DNA of 11,435 nt from the NCBI GenBank assembly GCA_043739185.1, contig JAYUEN010000405.1:1-11435 (forward strand), given 5' to 3'. Origin of the DNA: Bdellovibrionales bacterium (GTDB lineage Bacteria > Bdellovibrionota > Bdellovibrionia > Bdellovibrionales > JAMPXM01). Positions 7,413-11,435 of the stretch are shown piece by piece; position 1 is the stretch's first letter, and each line of letters begins with the position of its first letter. Below the pieces are notes generated by a model. It did not search any database, was not told the DNA's origin, and saw only the letters and a list, made by a program, of their open reading frames with translations. The translations under genes were made by a program, and so were the position numbers.

Positions 7413-9206
7413 ATGAATTGCCCGACATGTTCGTCATCACTTGAAACCAGGTCGCTCCACAGCACCCAAAATATTTGCCCGAACTGTCACCAATTACAGG
7501 CGAACGATTCACCCTTACAAATCGGAAGTTTTGGTGAGTTGAATTCACGGCCACTGACAATCATTGGCTGTAAAAAGAAGGTGACCAATCGTGTTTCTTG
7601 GTTTGATTGGCTCATCTTGTTCAGCGATTCGGAAGTTGCCTGGATCAAAGAATCTCAAGGGCAATGGACACTCTTTTTCTTTGAAAATCCAAGCGAAGAA
7701 ACGCGTAGCTTTGATCCTTTTGCATTGAACATTGGCGACATCTTTTCGTATCAGGGCAAAAAGTTTGTGTTAAAGAAAATTCATCTAGGCCAAATCGAAT
7801 TTCAAAATGGCGAAAGCCTTCTGCAGAGCCAAGAAGGCGACGCAAGCCCTGTTTACGAGGCCGAGCAAGCACTTGAAGAAAATTCTGACGGCTCACCATT
7901 TATTTTGAATATCGAATATTCAAACGGCAAAGAAGACCCGCCCGTCATTTCACGTGGCCGCAACATTGAATTCGCGGAGATCAAAGCGCAGAACCTTCGC
8001 TCGCTTGATAGCGGCTCTCGCATTCAAAAAATTATTTGCCCGAGTTGCTCAGGAAAATTTATTGTCCGCTATAAAAGTTTTTCTTTTCGTGCCGTCTGCA
8101 ATTCTTGCTTTAATATTATTGATATTAGCTCTGACGATCATATGAGTCTGCGACAGTTTGATCTGAAGTATAAATTTGACCCTGTCATTGCAATCGGCAG
8201 CACAGGTAAAATTTTAGGTGATGTCTTTGAGGTCATTGGGTGTGTACGCCTCATTGATCAAGAACACGCGGACTACGAAACAACAAAGTATCTTTTATTC
8301 AGCCCGACAAAATCTTACCGTTGGCTCAACAGTGAGCACGGGCTTTGGACTTTTAGTCGTGTCGTCTCAGATTTGCCTAAGCCTTTGGGAATTCAACCCG
8401 TAGACTACCGAGGACAAAAATATACCTATGATCATGCTTCAAAACTGAAACTGGTGTTTGCTCTGGGAGAGTTCTTTTGGCCTCTTCAAAAAGATGAAGT
8501 GTTCGAGAATAAACATTTTATTTCTCCACCATACGAATTGAGTTTCGAACAGAATATAAATGATCCGAGAATTTATCTTGGACGATACCTTAATCCAGAT
8601 CAAGTAACCTCAGCATTTAAGCTTGTTAAAACTCTTGAAAAGCCCGCAGACTCGGTTCCGCATGAGGTTTCGCCTTTTCATCATATTCGTAAAGAATTTT
8701 TACTCATTAATATTGTCTTTGTGGTTGTCTGTTTTTTTATTCAGCTTCGAAACGTTCAAATTCCCGCAACTCCAGTTCATCACAGTCGATTTCATTTTAC
8801 TACCGATGCAGAAGATAAAAGTCAAAGCACCGAACCTTTTGAGCTAAGAGGTGGCCCAAGCGCGCTCGCAATATTGTTGATTTCGCCATCCACCACCAAA
8901 ATCAAATTCGAAACAAGTCTGATTGAAATTCGAAGTAAAAATAAATTTGTTTTTCCAATGCAAATTAACGGCGGCCAAACGCTCGTGCCCCATATTCCAA
9001 GCGGCCTCTATTTGCTTAATTTTACTAAAAGCAAAAATGAAGACGTCATGTTTGATGTGGTCGCAACTTACGGCGCAAAATCTTGGAGTAATTTTTTCTT
9101 GGCAGTGATTGCCATGAGTCTGCCAAGCATTTTTGTGTTTGTTTCTGATCAAATTTTTGAAGTGAGAAGAAGGCGAATTCGAGAACTTAAAAAAGGGCAG
9201 AACTAA
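7413..9206 (+). CDS. Tandem zinc-ribbon + DUF4178-like membrane protein
   Basis: Two repeats, each a CxxC...CxxC ribbon (CPTC/CPNC; CPSC/CNSC) followed by a domain starting L/IxIGSxG...F/LxIIG with a W/YLxF...WL/I...GxW motif and GE(F) motif; then two C-terminal hydrophobic helices flanking a beta domain. Family assigned from memory of the architecture. Confidence 0.75.
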   Translation: MNCPTCSSSLETRSLHSTQNICPNCHQLQANDSPLQIGSFGELNSRPLTIIGCKKKVTNRVSWFDWLILFSDSEVAWIKESQGQWTLFFFENPSEETRSFDPFALNIGDIFSYQGKKFVLKKIHLGQIEFQNGESLLQSQEGDASPVYEAEQALEENSDGSPFILNIEYSNGKEDPPVISRGRNIEFAEIKAQNLRSLDSGSRIQKIICPSCSGKFIVRYKSFSFRAVCNSCFNIIDISSDDHMSLRQFDLKYKFDPVIAIGSTGKILGDVFEVIGCVRLIDQEHADYETTKYLLFSPTKSYRWLNSEHGLWTFSRVVSDLPKPLGIQPVDYRGQKYTYDHASKLKLVFALGEFFWPLQKDEVFENKHFISPPYELSFEQNINDPRIYLGRYLNPDQVTSAFKLVKTLEKPADSVPHEVSPFHHIRKEFLLINIVFVVVCFFIQLRNVQIPATPVHHSRFHFTTDAEDKSQSTEPFELRGGPSALAILLISPSTTKIKFETSLIEIRSKNKFVFPMQINGGQTLVPHIPSGLYLLNFTKSKNEDVMFDVVATYGAKSWSNFFLAVIAMSLPSIFVFVSDQIFEVRRRRIRELKKGQN

Positions 9207-9207
9207 A

Positions 9208-9342
9208 ATGCGAGCTCATGCAGTCAAAATATATTTTATTTTATGTATTATTATTTGTGGGCTTCTTGCAATTTCGGACTATCGAGGTTTTTATTTATTC
9301 GAGCGTCACTTCTTAGGCCTTACAGTTATTCATGATAATTAA
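9208..9342 (+). CDS. Small single-pass membrane protein (44 aa)
   Basis: MRAHAVKIYFILCIIICGLLAISDYRGFYLFERHFLGLTVIHDN*; ATG 1 nt after the upstream stop; one clear TM helix; below the ORF-track length cutoff. Confidence 0.65.
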   Translation: MRAHAVKIYFILCIIICGLLAISDYRGFYLFERHFLGLTVIHDN

Positions 9343-9348
9343 ATTTCT

Positions 9349-9376
9349 TTGACCAACGGCGAAATTCACATAAAAT
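9349..9376 (+). promoter_or_regulatory. Putative sigma70-type promoter for the speD-like gene
   Basis: TTGACC-16 nt-TAAAAT in an AT-rich gap upstream of ATG 9444. Confidence 0.4.
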
Positions 9377-9443
9377 TAAATTTTCATCATCATAGAATAT
9401 GCTATTCTTGATTTTTCATTCATCAGCAACTTGGATAGGACGT

Positions 9444-9836
9444 ATGGCAACATCACAATTAGGCTTAAGTTATTTAGTCGAATACACGGGATGCGAAAGA
9501 GATCTGGTCAGCAATCAAAGACTCATTAAAAAACTTTTGGTTGAAGCAACCGAAATCGCAGGAGCAAGCTCAGCTCATGAGTTTTTTCAAACCAATCTTT
9601 CTGGAATCACTGGAATCGTCTTAACTCAAGATTCCCATTTTACGATTCACACTTGGCCTGAATTGAATTATGTCGGAGTTGAGATTTTCACTTCGCACTT
9701 TGACCTTAAAATTCAGCGATCGATCGATTATTTAGGTGAAGGCTTAAAGGCCAAACAGGTGAGCTGGCAAAAGCATCACCGAGGTCCGAATTCACAAATT
9801 CAACCTTTTCGCGAATCGCATTCTGTTAGCCGATAG
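9444..9836 (+). CDS. speD: Pyruvoyl-dependent S-adenosylmethionine decarboxylase-like proenzyme (short prokaryotic class 1B), divergent active site
   Basis: LGLSYLVEYTGC...GITGIVLTQDSHFTIHTWPELNYVGVEIFT...RG matches the SpeD pattern GVSGVVxxxESHxSIHTWPE..YAAVDxFTCG. The start is likely ATG 9444 (GGATAGGA upstream) rather than 9399. Confidence 0.8.
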   Translation: MATSQLGLSYLVEYTGCERDLVSNQRLIKKLLVEATEIAGASSAHEFFQTNLSGITGIVLTQDSHFTIHTWPELNYVGVEIFTSHFDLKIQRSIDYLGEGLKAKQVSWQKHHRGPNSQIQPFRESHSVSR

Positions 9837-9868
9837 AAAAATCTGGGCTCAGGTTCACAGGGTCAGGC

Positions 9869-9946
9869 AAACTGATACCTGATAACCGAGACTGTAACTG
9901 GCAGAACGCCAACAGCTGCCGCTGCCCGTAGACCGATATTCCTTGT
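9869..9946. repeat. Dispersed ~79-bp repeat, copy B
   Basis: Same orientation as 6163-6241, about 75% identical; ends 1 nt before the ISL3 left inverted repeat. Confidence 0.85.
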
Positions 9947-9947
9947 G

Positions 9948-11435
9948 GGTTCTTTCTTCATTTAGTTGGTATTTTGTGGATAACTTTTTTAGATTTAGCG
10001 GTCTTTTTAGGGCCTTACTAGTCTAGGTTTAAGCTTTTTGAAGGAAAAGTTGAGGCCTTTGTTCGAGCCTCTTGGTTTGATGTTTTTACGACAAAATAAC
10101 AACCCAAGGATGGACATCATGGAATCAAAGGCCCCAATATACATTCCCGCTTGTTTTCGAACTTTTCAAGGTTTTAACGTTGGCGACATAAAAGAATTTG
10201 TTTCAACCCGTGAGATGGAACTGATCCTCCACAAGGTCCCCGGCAAGGTGCAGACGTGCAACTGCTGCGGCGAGGTTCAGGGCGCCTACCATTCACAGTA
10301 CCGGGTTGTTGCGAAGCACCTACGCATGATGGGTTGGTTGGTTAAGATCAACTTCTTCAGAGAAAAGCGCTGGTGCAACAAATGCCAGGGCAATACTTCA
10401 GAGTTTATTGATTTTTTGTGTCCGACTTCACCTCACATTACGATGGAGCTTGCCTGGTGGATCAACCGTTTGAGCGAGGTCACGTCAGTACTTGCCGTGT
10501 CGAAGCTTGAGGCGGTCGACAAGATGGCCTGTTATAAGGTCGATCACTTTATTCTCGCAAGATTACTTCAGGGCTATAAAATACCAAGAGTGAAACGCAT
10601 CAGCGTTGATGAAGTTTATGCAAGGTCAAAGAAGCAAATGAAAGAGGGCGAGAATCGCGATGATTTATTCATGACGGTGATCGTGGATCAACGTACGCAC
10701 AAGGTAATTTGGGTATCAAAGAGCAGGCGCAAAGAGGCGTTGGATTTGTTTTTCGAGATGATAGGTCCCGAAGCTTGCAAAGAAATTGAGGTTGTAGCGA
10801 CTGATCAGCACGATGCCTACACGGCTTCAGTTACACAGTATTGCCCGAACGCCAAAGTTGTTTGGGATCGCTATCACTTAGTTCAGAAGTTTAACGAGGC
10901 TTTAAACGAAGAGCGCAAGGCAGAACTTGCAAACATAGACCCAGAGGGGGCGATGGGTGATCTTATGAACGGCAAGTACCGCTATGTATATTTAACCAAG
11001 GCCACAAGGCGTTCAAAGACCGACCAGCGGCACATTGATCAAGTCATGAGGCTCAACGAACGCATGATGAAGCTTGAACTCATCAAGGAACACTTTCACA
11101 AAATGTATCAAGCCCCCGATGTTCTCTCAGCACAAATTATGCTTGGTGAATGTTACCAATGGGCGATGCAAGCAAAGGCAATTTATATCGTCGAGTGGAT
11201 CTGGAAAGTAATGAACGAAGACCGCTTCTGGAACTACTGGATTTACCGAGTTACCAGTGGTGTGAGCGAAGGTATCAATCGCGCGATCAAGGGCCTCAAA
11301 TGGCAAGCTTACGGCTACAAAAACATGGCTTACTTCGCCCTTAAAATAATGCAGAAATGTGGCTACCTAACGCATAGCTATTATCTCCAATCCATTGCCA
11401 CTACGTGACTGGACCAACAAAAAAAGGATTGAGCC
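9948..11435 (+). mobile_element. ISL3-family insertion sequence, 1488 bp
   Basis: IRL 9948-9970 GGTTCTTTCTTCATTTAGTTGGT versus reverse complement of IRR 11413-11435 GGCTCAATCCTTTTTTTGTTGGT: 16/23 ungapped, with the GG(C/T)TC ends typical of ISL3. Encloses a single transposase gene. The target duplication cannot be checked. Confidence 0.88.
10119..11408 (+). CDS. tnpA: ISL3-family DDE transposase
   Basis: N-terminal zinc finger CNCCG...RWCNKC; ISVDE, VATDQ, VVWDRYHLV, TSGVSEGINRAIK and AYGYKN motifs. The start is likely ATG 10119 (AAGGA SD 8 nt upstream) rather than TTG 10038. Frame intact. Confidence 0.93.
   Translation: MESKAPIYIPACFRTFQGFNVGDIKEFVSTREMELILHKVPGKVQTCNCCGEVQGAYHSQYRVVAKHLRMMGWLVKINFFREKRWCNKCQGNTSEFIDFLCPTSPHITMELAWWINRLSEVTSVLAVSKLEAVDKMACYKVDHFILARLLQGYKIPRVKRISVDEVYARSKKQMKEGENRDDLFMTVIVDQRTHKVIWVSKSRRKEALDLFFEMIGPEACKEIEVVATDQHDAYTASVTQYCPNAKVVWDRYHLVQKFNEALNEERKAELANIDPEGAMGDLMNGKYRYVYLTKATRRSKTDQRHIDQVMRLNERMMKLELIKEHFHKMYQAPDVLSAQIMLGECYQWAMQAKAIYIVEWIWKVMNEDRFWNYWIYRVTSGVSEGINRAIKGLKWQAYGYKNMAYFALKIMQKCGYLTHSYYLQSIATT

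Noticed and set aside
7174..9152. Short alternative-frame and antisense ORFs within the barrel and DUF4178-like genes
   Set aside because: Nested in longer credible genes, with no independent support.
9853..9935. GGCAAAC suggesting a c-di-GMP-I riboswitch
   Set aside because: Lacks the GAAA-loop stem and GACGCAAAG motif, and lies downstream of a gene.
6163..9946. Repeat pair as a diversity-generating retroelement TR/VR, CRISPR repeats or attC sites
   Set aside because: Mismatches are not confined to adenines on either strand, and no reverse transcriptase, cas or integrase gene is present. There are only two copies, 3.7 kb apart, with no clear attC core-site symmetry.
11150..11344. 64-aa ORF inside the transposase
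   Set aside because: Alternative frame of an intact transposase; no evidence of function.

Overview
Bacterial window with three blocks. (1) 1-5339, minus strand: a tightly packed putative operon of a secreted, fungal-type GH15 glucoamylase, a glucose-family PTS EIICBA, HPr and Enzyme I (the last runs off the window start). A strong hairpin covers the ribosome-binding site of the first gene. (2) 5511-9836: a small secreted protein (minus), a densely structured ~420-bp divergent intergenic region, then on the plus strand a probable outer-membrane beta-barrel, a tandem zinc-ribbon/DUF4178-like membrane protein, a 44-aa membrane peptide missed by the ORF track, and a SpeD-like protein with altered catalytic residues. 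(3) 9948-11435: an apparently complete ISL3-family insertion sequence whose right end coincides with the window end. An unannotated ~79-bp repeat occurs twice in direct orientation (6163-6241 and 9869-9946). It brackets the plus-strand block, diverges in a codon-like pattern, and its second copy abuts the IS. All calls come from manual motif reading; no database searches were run.
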